Shown: positions 39,305-52,461 of the stretch, piece after piece
How positions within the stretch are numbered: the first letter of the stretch is position 1
Layout of the letters: each line of letters opens with the position of its first letter
Assembly: GCF_006345805.1 (NCBI RefSeq)
Contig: NC_042998.1
Coordinates: 202,926,001 to 202,990,000 of the forward strand
Origin: Octopus sinensis
Lineage: Eukaryota
Reading direction: 5' to 3'
Length of the DNA: 64,000 bases
Notes under the pieces: model-generated
The model's input: only the letters and a program-made list of their open reading frames with translations
Databases searched by the model: none
Told to the model about the DNA's origin: nothing
Translations under genes and position numbers: made by a program

Positions 39305-39573
39305 TCCTAAGAGACCTTGCTGCATGCAATCAAGCTTTATGCATAGCACTTACAGAAACACACCTGAAACCAGATATAGCAAAAGCAGAAATACACATAC
39401 CACAGTACTTTGTATTACAGACCGATAGAAAAGAAAGGAGTCATGATGGAGTTGCTATGTACACCCAGCTCAGGTCCTTTTCTCTCACTCAAATTCTGTA
39501 TGTAAGACACTAATGTCTCAATGTAGTTATATGTACTACATATCACCCTCCAGATGCTCCAAATCAAGCAGAC

Positions 39574-39576
<3 letters not shown>
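39305..39576 (+). pseudogene. LINE ORF2 apurinic-endonuclease fragment between TA tracts
   Basis: Translation LCIALTETHLKPDIAKAEIHIPQYFVLQTDRKERSHDGVAMY...VVICTTYHPPD. Confidence 0.75.
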
Positions 39577-39609
<33 letters not shown>

Positions 39610-39701
39610 CGTTACACCGGAAAACTGAAGAACGGCATTTCGTCTGTCTTTACGTTCTGAGTTCAAATTCGGCTGAGGTCGAATCTTCCTATCATTTCAT
39701 A

Positions 39702-39843
39702 GGTGCAGGAGTGGCTGTGTGGTAAATAGCTTGCTTACCAACCACATGGTTCCGGTTTCAGTACCACTGCGTGGCACCTTCCGGGTCGACCAAAGCCTTG
39801 TGAGTGGATTTGGTAGACGAAAACAGAAAAACGCCTGTCGTAA

Positions 39844-39874
<31 letters not shown>

Positions 39875-40135
39875 TGTATGTGTGTGTGAGAGTGTGTGTG
39901 TGTGTGTGCGTGTGTGTGTGCATGTGTTTGTGTCTGTGTTTGTCCCCCACCATCACTTGACAACCGATGCTGGTGTGTTTACGTCCCCGTAAACTAGCGG
40001 TTCGGCAAAAGTGGCTGATAGGGTAAGTACCAGACTTACAAAGAATAAGTCTTCGGTCGATTTGTTCGACTAAAGGCGGTGCTCCAGCATGGTCGCAGTC
40101 AAATGACTGAAACAAGTAAAGGAATGAAAGAATAA
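39702..40135 (+). mobile_element. SINE family B, near full length, with internal (TA)n(TG)n
   Basis: tRNA-like head, internal microsatellite, 3' end 'gcagtcaaatgactgaaacaagtaaa'. Confidence 0.85.
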
Positions 40136-40185
40136 AAAATATATAATATATATATATATATTATATATTATAAATATATATATAT

Positions 40186-40247
<62 letters not shown>

Positions 40248-40249
<2 letters not shown>

Positions 40250-40803
40250 AACAAAAACGAAATAGAGAGCATTAAAACGTTCTGACAGATAGACAATACA
40301 AAGGCGGACAAGGCAAACAACAATTCGAAGGACAGGCATAAAAGAAGGTGGGACATTCTTGCCTTTCTTTCATCAGTCAAGTCCCAGAAGTCATGACCAT
40401 TTTGGGCAGTTACACTTGAGATGGTTCGATCTGGTTGCACTCCAAAAAAGTCAAAGCTAAGAGCATTTGACCCCTTTGTATGAAAGCTAACGAATGTGTA
40501 CGGCAACAAAGACAAAAAATAAACATAAAACGGAGAACATACTACACAATTACGAATACAAACAACAAGAAATAGCAACAGGCATTTTTCGACTGAGAAC
40601 GAATCAAATTGAGCTGGCCTGTATGAAGTGAAAGGCTAAAGGCAGAACCATGGGAGATGGACACAAGACGTGTTGACTCTCGGCAGTCAGGCCAAGAAAG
40701 AAAAATCATGGCCTGACTGCCGAGCGTCAACACGGCTACTGAATGAACAATGTATATTCCATCCTAGAGAGCTCCAGTGTAGGGGAGATAATTCTCCCCT
40801 ACA
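40248..40803 (-). mobile_element. TA-embedded structured element with degenerate HHR (PLE pLTR-like)
   Basis: Minus-strand CTGATGA..AGGCA/TGCCT..CGAA at 40324-40376; 26-bp hairpin at 40669-40734; terminal hairpin at 40778-40803. Confidence 0.45.
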
Positions 40804-41405
40804 TATATATTTATATATATACACTCGCGCGTAAATACATATATACACATGCACGAGTGTTCATTCAGTAGCCATGATGAATTCGAGGCGAATAATGGGA
40901 ATTACTAAAAATATAAGTTAAATTTTCTTTTTCTTTTTCTTATTTTTTATGCTTTATTTCGTTCGTTTTTAGTTAAGATATATTATTTCGATGATTTCTA
41001 AATGTATAATTTTAATTTTAATTATCATGTCTCTATATAGGTTGCAAATAGTAAAATAGTTTTATATAATCCAGACCTGAAGATTGGCAGTATAGTCGGA
41101 TCGATATAGTATTGAATTTCGAGACCTTCTATTTTAGCAATATCGATAGATATATTGCCATGAAATGCGCGTAGTCTATCTAATGTATATGAATCAGATT
41201 AGTAATTGCAGGTATTAAGTTGATAGTATTTCATCTTATATATCTCTATCGTAGATAATGTCGTTCAATGTTGATTGAGTTGATTGAAGGTGGGTCTGTC
41301 TCTTAAACCTATATATATATATATATATATCTTTATATATATGTATGAATATATACACTCGCGTATGTGTATATATGAATATACACGCGAGTATATATAT
41401 ATATG

Positions 41406-41436
<31 letters not shown>

Positions 41437-41447
41437 AAGTATGTATG

Positions 41448-41478
<31 letters not shown>

Positions 41479-41801
41479 ATGTATATGTATATACACTCGC
41501 GTGTGTACAGTCTGCTGTTTTAGATAAGTAGATTATCTTGTATAGATAAAATGTATTGTTAAAAGTTTAAAATAAATAACGAATAACAATGGTAAAAGAA
41601 AAAATTTGAAGTAATTAATTTGCAGGAGATCAATTGAAATACGGTCACTGTAATGTAATCGGCAAATGGTTGTCCAGCAACAAATAGACATCTTGTACAC
41701 ATCCCATCAGTGGACGTGCTTCTTTCTCAATTGTCTTTCAAATTGCTTCTAATATATCTAATAGCATTTTAAAGATGTATATATATATATATTTATATTT
41801 G

Positions 41802-41848
<47 letters not shown>

Positions 41849-42249
41849 CAAAATATATTATATATATTATATATGTGTGTGTGTGTGTGTTTGCAATATA
41901 CTATGTATAATTTGTATATTTATAAATTTGTGTGTTTGTGTGCGTACGTGTGAGAGTGTTTATTTGTGTGTGTGCGTGTGTGTGTGTTTAAGTATATGCT
42001 TCGCGAATGTTTCACTTCTATATTTTTCTTATCTGGAGGGCATGTGTTTGCATGAGCACGTGTGTGTGTGTGTGTGTGTGTGTGCGTATGTGTGTGTATG
42101 TGGTGTGTGTGTGTGTGTTTGAGTGTGTGAGTGTGTGTGCTGAGAGAGTATCTATGAGTAAATAAATGTGTTTAGTAAAAAAGCTAGAAATGGAATGAAA
42201 ATTAAGCAAAAAAAAAAGCAACATAAAACCGAAAGAAAATAGAATTGGA

Positions 42250-42270
42250 AAAGAGAAAGAAAGAAAGAGA

Positions 42271-42311
<41 letters not shown>

Positions 42312-42384
42312 AGGAAAGAAAGAAAGAAAGAAAAAGAAAGGAAAGAAAGAAGAAGAAAGAAAGAAAGAAAGGAGGAAGAACGAT

Positions 42385-42443
<59 letters not shown>

Positions 42444-42562
42444 GAAAAGGAAAGAAAGAAAGAAAGAAAGAAACAAAAAAGAAAGAAAGAAAGAAAGAAA
42501 GAAAGAGAGAAAGAAAGAAAGAAAGAAAGAAAGACAGAAAGACAGAAAGACAGAAAGAAAAG
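42250..42562. repeat. (GAAA)n microsatellite
   Basis: Seen directly. Confidence 0.95.
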
Positions 42563-43129
42563 AATGGAACAGAATGAATAAGGTAATAAAACAAAAAAAC
42601 GCTAGAAGAACAATGGGGAATGAAATATAGTGCAAGTGGGGAGGCTGAGAGGAGGGATTGATGAGCAAGATGGAGAGGTGAGGGAAGAGAAAAAACGAAA
42701 GAGAAGGGGAGAGAGAGAGAGGCTGTCAAAAAAACCTTGCCAACTGACGAAGCTTTAAACTCTGTTGCTTCATCAGAGTCTCCAGAGAAGAAATTCTTTT
42801 TTTAAACTTCCATTATTCAGATTTTGTTTTTTGCTGGGTTTTCTTGTTTTCCTTTTTACTTTTGGCTGGTTTTTTTTTTCCGAGTTAAAAATGGATTTAT
42901 TTGCGCTTCTTTATCTTTTAATTTTCCTTCATCTTTTTTTTTTTTTTTTTTTTGCTTGGCTTTATCGATTTCTCCATCTAAAACAGGGTATCCTTAGTCT
43001 TTGATGATTTACGGCTTTGGATAGTTTTTTTCTTTCTTTTTTTTAACTTTTTTCTTTCTTTACCGGGTGGCATAAGTAACTCATCTCAATTTATTTCTTC
43101 TCTCTTTCACTCTCTTCCGTTTACACGCA

Positions 43130-44272
43130 CACATATATACATGCATACATATACACACACATATACGTATGTATGTATGTATGTATGTATGTATGTATGT
43201 ATGTATGTGTGTGTGTGTATGTGTGTATGTATGCATGTATGTATATATGTATGTGTATGTATGTATGTATGTTTGTATGTATGTATGTATGTGTGTGTAT
43301 GTATGTATGTACATGTATGTATGTGTGCGTATGTATGTATGTATGTATTTATGTATGTATGCGTATGTATGTATATATATTTCTTTACTACCCACAAGGG
43401 GCTAAACACAGAGGGGACAAACAAGGACAGACAAAGGGATCAAGTCGATCACATCGACCCCAGTGCGTAACTGGTACTTAATTTGTCGACCCCGAAAGGA
43501 TGGAAGGCAAAGTCGACCTCGGCGGAATTTGAACTCGGAACGCAACGACAGACGAAATACGGCTACGAATTTCGCCCGGCGTGCTAACGTTTCTGCCAGC
43601 TCGCCGCCTTATGTATGTATGTATATATGCATGTATGTATGTGTGTATGAATGTATGTATGTATGTGTATGTATGTATGTATGCATGTATATATGTATGT
43701 ATGCATGTATGTATGTATGTATGTATGAACGTATGTATGTATGTGTATGTATGTATATATGCATGTATGCATGTATGTATGTATATATGTGTGTATGAAC
43801 GTATGTATGTATGTGTATGTATGTATATATGCATGTATGCATGTATGTATGTATGTATGTGTTTATGAATGTATGTATGTATGTGTATGTATGTATGTAT
43901 GTATGTATGTGTATGTATGCATGCATGCATGTATGTAGTATGTATGTATGTATGTATGTATATATGTATGTATGTATGCATGTATGTATGTATATATGTA
44001 TGTATATATGTATGAGTATGTATGTATGTATGCATGTATATATGTATGTATGTATGCGTATGTATGTATATATGCATGTATGTATGTATTTATGTGTGTG
44101 TATGTATGTATGTATGTATGTATGTATGTATGTATGTATGTATGTATGTATGTATGTATGCATGCATGTATGTATATATGTATGTGTGCGTATGAATGTA
44201 TATATATATATGCATCTATGTATGCATGTAGGTATGTATGTGTGCGTATATATGTATGTATGTATGTATGTA
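43130..44272. repeat. (TATG)n-type microsatellite with SINE insertion
   Basis: Seen directly. Confidence 0.95.
43378..43608 (-). mobile_element. SINE family A, full length
   Basis: Family core, complete 5' ggcggcgagc and 3' aaagaaat ends. Confidence 0.9.
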
Positions 44273-44299
44273 AAAGTGTATGTGCTTATTTAAAAGGAA

Positions 44300-45100
44300 T
44301 ATTGACCGATACATTTAAAGACTTCGTGCGATGGAACATCACAGACTGCACTCATCAGCTGTTGAAACGTAATAACGAATACTAACTGGAAGTGTTTATT
44401 GGCGATCGGTGCCCTCAGCCGTTCGCATACTCTGTGATGTAACCTGTTATTCCTCGTGTATCGGGAGAATTTACCTTAAAGTTTGTCAAGAGAAACTTAT
44501 AAATATTTTGGCAGGTTGAAACTGAAGTGGAGTAACGTTTGATCTGGATTTCTCTGTAAGACGGAATCGGGGGATTCTACTCATTTATACGCTTGTGGTT
44601 GGTCCAGAATTTCCGATGTGATAATTCTGTAATAACCACCTCGTGGTTATTACTATAATCACATGTCACCTTTCATGTGACATATCTACTTCCAAATATC
44701 GATTTATCATAGGATTGACGTAATAAACTGAGTCCTATGAAGCTTATCAAGGTTTTATATGTGGCAACATTTGTTCAATATGTAGTCTTTAAATTATTTA
44801 TTTATTGCTTTTGATCTGATCACAAAACTTTTGTATTGTGATTTCTGATAACGCTGGACGTGGCCATCATAAAACTGAAAGCTCATCTTCACGTTATTCT
44901 TTTTGTACATCGGGTAAAATTTATGGCTACTCGAAAATACTTGTTGACGATAGGGGTTTACTACTACACTGGTTTTAACATCAGCACTCTGTTCTCGGTT
45001 ACAACGTATTTCATCTTTTAACACATTCGACCATAAGGTTGTTAAATGCACAAAACGTTAGGGCTTTCTAGTACTTCTACTTTACGTAAATACATATAAA
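44300..45100 (-). mobile_element. Highly degenerate Penelope-like element relic with HHR remnant
   Basis: Fragment SSSHKFYPMYKKNNVKMSF resembles a PLE RT-EN linker. Downstream CTGATGA-GTGC...GCAC-GAAG at 44322-44358. Confidence 0.4.
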
Positions 45101-45865
45101 TAGGACTTTACACTCTTCCCACTGAAGAGAACATTGAGTACTTTAATCATTTTGTAAACTACATACATAATTTCTCGAGCCTGCAGTGATAATAAATTCT
45201 TATCCACAAACAGATACATTTCGGGTGATATTACCTAATATCGATAACGGTAATGGTCATAGTATGACTAACAACAATATTAATAAAGTTAAGTAGAAAA
45301 GAAGGGAATAAAGTGTAATTACCCCCCCCCCCCAAAGATAGGAATTATGTAAGGTTATATGTTTGATAGTAATAGAAATCACATTAGAGGCCTCTACAGC
45401 ATTAGAGGTAATTCTAGTAAAGATGTTGATAATTTACGCATCGTACAAGCCAATAAGCCTAATCAGAAAAACATAGGAAAGGAAACACTACGTAGTTTAA
45501 TCCACTTTGCTCGTTGCATGCTGGAACTAAATTACTCAAAGCTTTCTTCTAAATAATCGGGGGAAAGTTCCCACCTCGGTTTAAATACCACCAAATTTTT
45601 AATAATTTTAATGCTAAACCTTCTTACTCTGCAACCCCTAACTTTTCAGATAATATCGCTTGCTCTAACCTTTAATAAACTCAAGTTAGGCACCAAAAAC
45701 TAATAATAAAACTTTGTAAGAAATAATAATACATCAACTCGTATGGATAATAACCTTATTAACAACGATGTTGAGAATTCTAAATATCATTAAAACAACG
45801 TAGAAACAGGTGAAACTGACTATATACCTGTTGCGAAAAAAAAGTCGTTTTACCTAAAGAACAGA

Positions 45866-45871
45866 ATAATG

Positions 45872-45929
<58 letters not shown>

Positions 45930-45944
45930 CAACAACAACAACAC

Positions 45945-45985
<41 letters not shown>

Positions 45986-46010
45986 AATAATAATAATAAT
46001 AATAATATAA
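45866..46010. repeat. (AAT)n/(AAC)n microsatellite
   Basis: Seen directly. Confidence 0.95.
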
Positions 46011-46204
46011 CTAGTAGAAATAAAGATAATATCACTGCTAATAGGGTAAATTACGAGTACTTGTCTTCACTTAGTGAACGCAATAATAGTAATACCAATT
46101 CACATAATTATAGTACCATTACAAGTAGTGATAATTATAAACATCCAGATGATAATAACACACCTAGCAACCCAATCTTAGAACAATGTGACATAGACAA
46201 TCTA

Positions 46205-46416
46205 CGAAGTGGCAGCTCAAAAGTTCTTGGCTTTGGGTAAAAGAAAATACAGGAATATCAGTTAAGATTTTATCCAACATTTTCTCCTCTCAAATCTACA
46301 TACGTATTGCAGCGTTCCCTCAGTTTTTCTATGCCCTTAAATGGGCTCGGAAGGTTGGGCCCCCAGCCAGGCCTTTCACGACACCCTTAAACCCAAGAAC
46401 TTTTCAGTACCCCTCG
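46205..46416. mobile_element. mariner-derived MITE
   Basis: TA|CGAAGTGGCAGCTCAAAAGTTCTTGG ... CCAAGAACTTTTCAGTACCCCTCG|TA. Confidence 0.7.
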
Positions 46417-46447
46417 TATAATCTATTTAGTATTTTATTACCCACGT

Positions 46448-46745
46448 GTGATTGTATGCCTATGGAAAAATACAGTATGGAGATATAAACTCTTTGCCGA
46501 TAAGGGTGTGAAATATTACACAGACTCTATGTCTAATGTTTTCAAATGTAGGTTCTCGACGCATGAAAATTCGTTCACTAATTATAAAATGATGCATTCG
46601 CCATCATTAGCTGAACATATCTGGAGTTTGAAGTCCCTTGGCAACGACTTTAAATTCCCGAGGAGTATTATAAGAACTGTACTGTCATATGAAAGTAAGC
46701 GGTAGAAATATTACAACTACTGTAATCAGAAAAGCTTAGAAACAA
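46448..46745 (+). pseudogene. Degenerate PLE GIY-YIG endonuclease fragment
   Basis: CL..N.V....KYYTDSMSNVFKCRFSTHENSF....SLAEHIWSLK matches the PLE pattern FKxRxxxHxxSF...LSxHIWxLK. Confidence 0.55.
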
Positions 46746-46916
46746 GTTGTACAAATTGTGAAGTGAATATAATAATTATGAAATGATTAAACTACCCAGT
46801 TTAATTATATTTTGGTTTAATCTTAAAATAGTTCTATATTTAAGTGATGAGGAATTATGTAATTCATTTACATTATTTACATTTGACGGATATTTGTCCT
46901 CATCTTGTTTGTTGTT

Positions 46917-46959
46917 AACACGTTTCGGCTGATATACCCTCCAGCCGTCTTCAGGTGTC
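46917..46959 (-). ncRNA. Type I hammerhead ribozyme of the PLE pLTR, cleavage triplet missing
   Basis: GACAC-CTGAAGA-C-GGCTG-loop-CAGCC-GAAAC-GTGTT; stem I GACAC/GTGTT. Confidence 0.7.
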
Positions 46960-47026
46960 TTGGGGATTTTCGATGTTATTATTATTAGTAGTAGTCGTAG
47001 TAGTAGTAGTAGTGTTGCTGTTGTTT

Positions 47027-47100
47027 TGGTCACTGCCGGGAATCGAACTCGGAATCTTGGGGTTGGTAGCCCGCGCTCTTAACCCCTAAGCCATATACCC
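47027..47100 (-). other. tRNA-like segment (Pol III A/B boxes) in the PLE 3'UTR
   Basis: A box TGGCTTAGGGG, B box GTTCGATTCC; acceptor stem not intact. Confidence 0.65.
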
Positions 47101-47845
47101 GTGGAGTGAATTTTAGGAGTGAATTATGGAGTGAATTTTAGGGTTTATAAATTTAATATCTTTCTGTCCTTCCTTAATACCGGTTCCCATTTGCTGTTCA
47201 TATCTGCACTCGGTCTGCGTAGGAGGTTGTTGTGTCCTAGCATATGTGCTGCTTCTTTTAGTTTTCATATTTTCCAGTCGTGTTCTCTGTCTATTATTTT
47301 AACTTCATCTCACATGGGGAGGTGGTCTCCATTTTTTTTTATACATGATCAGCTACACCCGATTTATCAATATCTCCTCGTGTCACAGCTTTGCCGATGT
47401 TCGTCTACCCTTATTTTGAGGAGGCGGCATGTTTCGCTTTTCTATAACCTACTATAGCTGCGTGTGATGGAGTACACGCAGTTTTTGTGTTAACAAACAA
47501 ACAAGATGAGGACAAATATCCGTCGAATGTAAACAATGTAAATAATGTAATCTTAAAATTTTGTGTTAATAATTCATATCCCTCGATATGTTCTTTCTTC
47601 CTACTCGAGCCATGAAAATACTTATATCTAACGCTTTTAACAAATCCGATCTGTCCTGTGTCCTCGATATAACCGAATAGCCTAATTTATAATTATAATT
47701 TAAATACTATGTGACCATATATACTGAATATTCTATTTAGTTTTTAACATTTATTTTGTGTTCTAGTATAAGTGTCTAATACTATACACAGTTATTTATT
47801 ATTCATTCCTTACAAAGACGTAAACAATATATCGAGTAAATTACG

Positions 47846-49400
47846 AGTTATCTCATAAAGGAAGTCGAACTTTTGAAAAACAAATTTAATTTTTTATTTA
47901 CAGCCAGATTTTATCTCCTTCAAACTAATTTCCTCTACTGTTGATGCATTGTTCCCAAAGTTTTCCCCTTTTTGGAACGCGTCATGAGAGGGATTTTAGG
48001 GGTGGATCACATATCTCGAGGCGATTTTTCGTAGATTTTTTTCTATCATCTGAAACCAGTGACTTTGCTTTGTGAGTTTCAACTTTCAGGACAAAAACCT
48101 TCCACAGGGCCTGAAACCGAAGAGTAGAACGGCTGGCGATATTGCGTCAACTTTAGGGCGGCGAGCTGGCAGACACGTTAGCACGCCGGGCGAAATGCGT
48201 AGCCGTATTTCGTCTGCCGTTACGTTCTGAGTTCAAATTCCGCCGAGGTCGACTTTGCCTTTCATCCTTTTGAGGTCGATTAAATAAGTACCAGTTACGC
48301 ACTGGGTCGATATAATCGACTTAATCCGTTTGTCTGTCCGTGTTTGTCCCTTCTGTGTTTAGCCCCTTGTGGGTAATAAAGAAACAGATATTGTGTCGAC
48401 TTGTGATTTTCCAATTAGTCACGGATTAAGTGTGATGTATGGGTTGCTTTCTTCTTGTGCAGCAGCATCTACATCGTTCTTGAGGAAGCTGCGACCTGCA
48501 GGATTTTCTGAATTGTACACCTGAAGAAAAATTATTTTGAACTTTTTTAGTAGAGCGCTCCACCAAATGGTGTGTCATGTTTCATGCAGCCTGCTTCTCA
48601 AAATAGCGTAGCCATGCCTGATCTACTTTTTGTTTGTCATTCTAACATATCCTGAAGTATTCAAATACTTCAGGACATATATGTAGGACTCTTCAGCAAT
48701 CGCTTGGCCAAATGGAACACACTCATAATGAGCGGCGCTTTTTCAGTTAAGTCAGACGATCAATACCACCTTCTATTTGAACAACACTAATGAGCTTTAT
48801 CTTTCTTTTGTCGCGGCAGCGATGATCCGCATCACAATGCAACAATTTCAGTATGGTTCAATGTGTTAACACAACCTTTTTTTGTTTCGAAATTGTAGCA
48901 TAAATCCACACTACGTAACTTGTTATTATAATTACCAAAAGCTTTGGTCTGTATTTGAAGGATCAAACACTCATGACTGGCTGTGACTTATTTCTCTTTC
49001 ATTTAACTGTCAGCAAGTGCAGAACAACACTTGCATCAACACAATGCATTTACATTTGTTCTTTTAAAAATCATGTGGCTTCACCTTATACATATACCTA
49101 CACATTCGAGTATTTCACCGACGGTCAGACAACGTCTTCCACAAATCACAGCACGCTCTTTCACAACGTCATCGTTGCTCGTTGTCGTGTAAGTTTTTCA
49201 ATATTTCAAAATGCTTTCAGTGGATGTTCTTCTGGTTTGATGAGTCGGTATCACTCGTAAAATTGCGCATAGCTCAAACAGTTCTTCCCATTAGTCTATT
49301 GCAGAGTCAGAAAACTCTTCGCAAATATTTTTCTCAGTTAAAAGAATTTCATACAAATACTTTGAATGTTCAACGTATGATTAATTACCAAATGCACTAA
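47846..49400 (-). mobile_element. Degenerate mariner transposon
   Basis: Minus-strand fragments VLHLLT, IIITSYVVWIY, KVVLIV..AHYECVPFGQAI..SYIYVLK, C-terminal FEGDK; TA|CGAG end. The right boundary is approximate. Confidence 0.6.
48157..48387 (+). mobile_element. SINE family A, full length, inside the mariner relic
   Basis: Family core; flanking duplication GATATTG(C/T)GTC(A/G)ACTT. Confidence 0.9.
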
Positions 49401-49450
49401 GCATACGTTAATTTTAGGATATATAGAATGATGACTAACTCTATATTGTA

Positions 49451-49731
49451 CAGGGTGTCCACAAAGTCTGGGTACATGGGGATTAACAATACTTTAAGAA
49501 ATTATTATTTCTTATATTTAATTACTCTTTTACTCTTTTACTTGTTTCAGTCATTTGACTGCGGCCATGCTGGAGCACCGCCTTTGATCGAGCAACTCGA
49601 CCCCGGGACTTATTCTTTTGTAAGCCCAGTACTTATTCTATCGGTCTCTTTTGCCGAACTGCTAAGTAACGGGGACATAAACACACCAGCATCGGTTGTC
49701 AAGCAATGCTAGGGGGACAAACACAGACACA

Positions 49732-49781
<50 letters not shown>

Positions 49782-50018
49782 ATATATATATATATATATA
49801 CATATATACGACAGGCTTCTTTCAGTTTCCGTCTACCAAATCCACTCACAAGGCTTTGGTCGGCCCGAGGCTATAGTAGAAGACACTTGCCCAAGGTGCC
49901 ACACAGTGGGACTGAACCCGGAAACAAATTTATTTAATTTATCTAAATTTATTTAATTGTTTATTTAATTGTTTATGATTTTATTTACTCCATGTACCCA
50001 GACTTTGTGGACACCCTG
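49451..50018. mobile_element. Tc1/mariner MITE carrying a SINE B insertion
   Basis: Perfect TIR CAGGGTGTCCACAAAGTCTGGGTACATGG with TA TSD. Confidence 0.9.
49523..49922 (-). mobile_element. SINE family B, 5'-truncated
   Basis: Homology to the 39702 copy; tandem (TACTCTTT) tail on the + strand. Confidence 0.85.
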
Positions 50019-50347
50019 TATAATGAGGCTTATTATTAGGATGAAAAACAAAAGTCATCAACAAAATTTCGCAGTCGCCAGCACACTGCACCGACTGATC
50101 TGCGCGCTCTTTCAAATGTTTAGTTTCTGTATAAACAATCCTCTTTATTAGGAATGCCATAGTTCAATAAAAGACACGATGCATTTGAAATGAAGAGTAT
50201 CAGATCATTTATAAAGGCAACTGAACTTGCAGCTATCTGACTGCTTTTGTATATTATCACATTATCATCTACACAATCTCTGAAGATGATGCGATATCAT
50301 ATTGTTTACAACAGTTGGCTATGTGTAATGCCAATACATACATACTT

Positions 50348-50456
<109 letters not shown>

Positions 50457-50504
50457 ACATATATATATTATATACATACATAAATGTATATATATATATA
50501 TATA

Positions 50505-50551
<47 letters not shown>

Positions 50552-50610
50552 TAAATATATATATATGTATATATTTTATATATACATAAATACGTATATA
50601 TATATATTTA

Positions 50611-50674
<64 letters not shown>

Positions 50675-51046
50675 TTATTTATATATATCTATATATATAT
50701 ATATATATCTATATATATATATATATATATATTTATATGAATATATACTAATATACATTAATATACATACATCAATGCATATATGCAGGCTGACAGACAG
50801 TATTCCAAGTTAAGTTCCGTTTCGATTTGCTTTATTTTATTCTATATTTTCGTCTCTAAGTCACTTACTGCTCCAATGAAAAGCTTCTTTGGATTTAGAC
50901 ATTGTATTTTTGATTGCCAGACTATTTTTGATTCCCAGTTCTCTTTGAGGAAATCAGTACTGTCGTGTTTTTTTTTTTTTGTTGTTTTTGATCTCATCAA
51001 TTACCACTGCTTAACTCTAGATGTTATATATATATATATATAATAT

Positions 51047-51096
<50 letters not shown>

Positions 51097-51196
51097 ATAT
51101 ATATATAATATATATATTATATGCATGTATACTTAATATATATATATATATATTATATATTATATGCATCTATACTCATATATATATATATATATA

Positions 51197-51531
51197 TATT
51201 TGCAATGTCTCTTGTGAAGGACGAAGTGGTCAACACCGGAACGTTTGCGATCGCAAGTAAGCTCAGCCAGAGTTGACATGAGGATAAACATCATCATCAT
51301 CATCATCATCGTCATCGTCATCATCATCATCGTCATCATCGTCATCATCATCATCATCATCATATATATACTAAGCAATAAAGGGTTTAGCAACGAATTG
51401 CCTTACCACATACCGAATTTAGAAATAGCAGTCAAAGGGTTATAGCTATTTCTTCTACTAATATACTGCATATATTATATGCATGTATACTTAATATATA
51501 TATATATTATGCATGTTTACTTATTATACTT

Positions 51532-51613
<82 letters not shown>

Positions 51614-52124
51614 TGTGTGTGTGTGTGTGTGTGTGTGTGCACGCGCGCTTTCGTTCCAACTTGCACACAGATATAATAACTATCTTGCCATCTTTAACCA
51701 TCTACGGTCTTTTAAACTCAATATTGTTTTCTGTGTTACTGCTGCTGCTGCTACTACTGCTGCTGCTGCTGCCCTTGCTTTTTGCTTCTGCTTTTGTTGT
51801 TGTTGTTGCTGTTGCTTGTTAATATTGTAGCTAAGAAAAGACAAACAATAAAGAGTGAGTTTCTGAAACAACCGAGATTGTCAGTGTCGTTTCTACTCAA
51901 CCTATGGTTTAACATGCAGAACACATGTAGTGGGTGATGCTGATGCTGATGATGATGATGATGATGATGATGATGACGATGATGACGATGATGATGATGA
52001 CGATGACGATGATGATGATGATGATGATGATGTTTATCCTCATGTCAACTCTGGCTGAGCTTACTTGCGATCGCAAACGTTCCGGTGTTGACCACTTCGT
52101 CCTTCTCAAGAGACATTGCAAATA
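51197..52124. repeat. Inverted duplication of ~165 bp (51197-51363 vs ~51950-52124)
   Basis: Unique sequence plus an identically interrupted (CAT)n tract in opposite orientation, one substitution. Confidence 0.9.
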
Positions 52125-52461
52125 CAGGACTATATTATTTCTGCATCTCGCTCCTTTTAGACGATAAAGCGTACTTTGAGCAAAAAAATATGGCTACTAT
52201 TTTTAACAAGTCTATTGACGACGTAGAGAATGCCTCGTGGGTCCATAGCAACAGCTTTGATATCAATGGGGCAGCTAATTTAAATTGCAATTCTTGGTTC
52301 TGTTAACCTTATAGCTCGCCAAATTACTTCAACATAATTGAGTCCTCTGACTTGGGGATGGCTGTTGAGAATAAATTTTTGCTATATATCTGTATGGATG
52401 CTGTTTAACCCTGTAATGTATTTTGTTAATTATTCTTTAAAGTTCAGATAGTACGTTTTTA

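Larger units (their letters stand above)
46830..47547 (-). mobile_element. 5'-truncated Penelope-like element with inverted partial pLTR
   Basis: GIY-YIG remnant (KNCVYSI..SETCRLLKIRVDEHR..KSGVADH..DEVKIIDRE..KLKEAAH) at ~47145-47486; tRNA-like segment; HHR; inverted pLTR piece at 47485-47547; 12-bp TSD TAATCTTAAAAT at 46818-46829 and 47548-47559. Confidence 0.85.
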
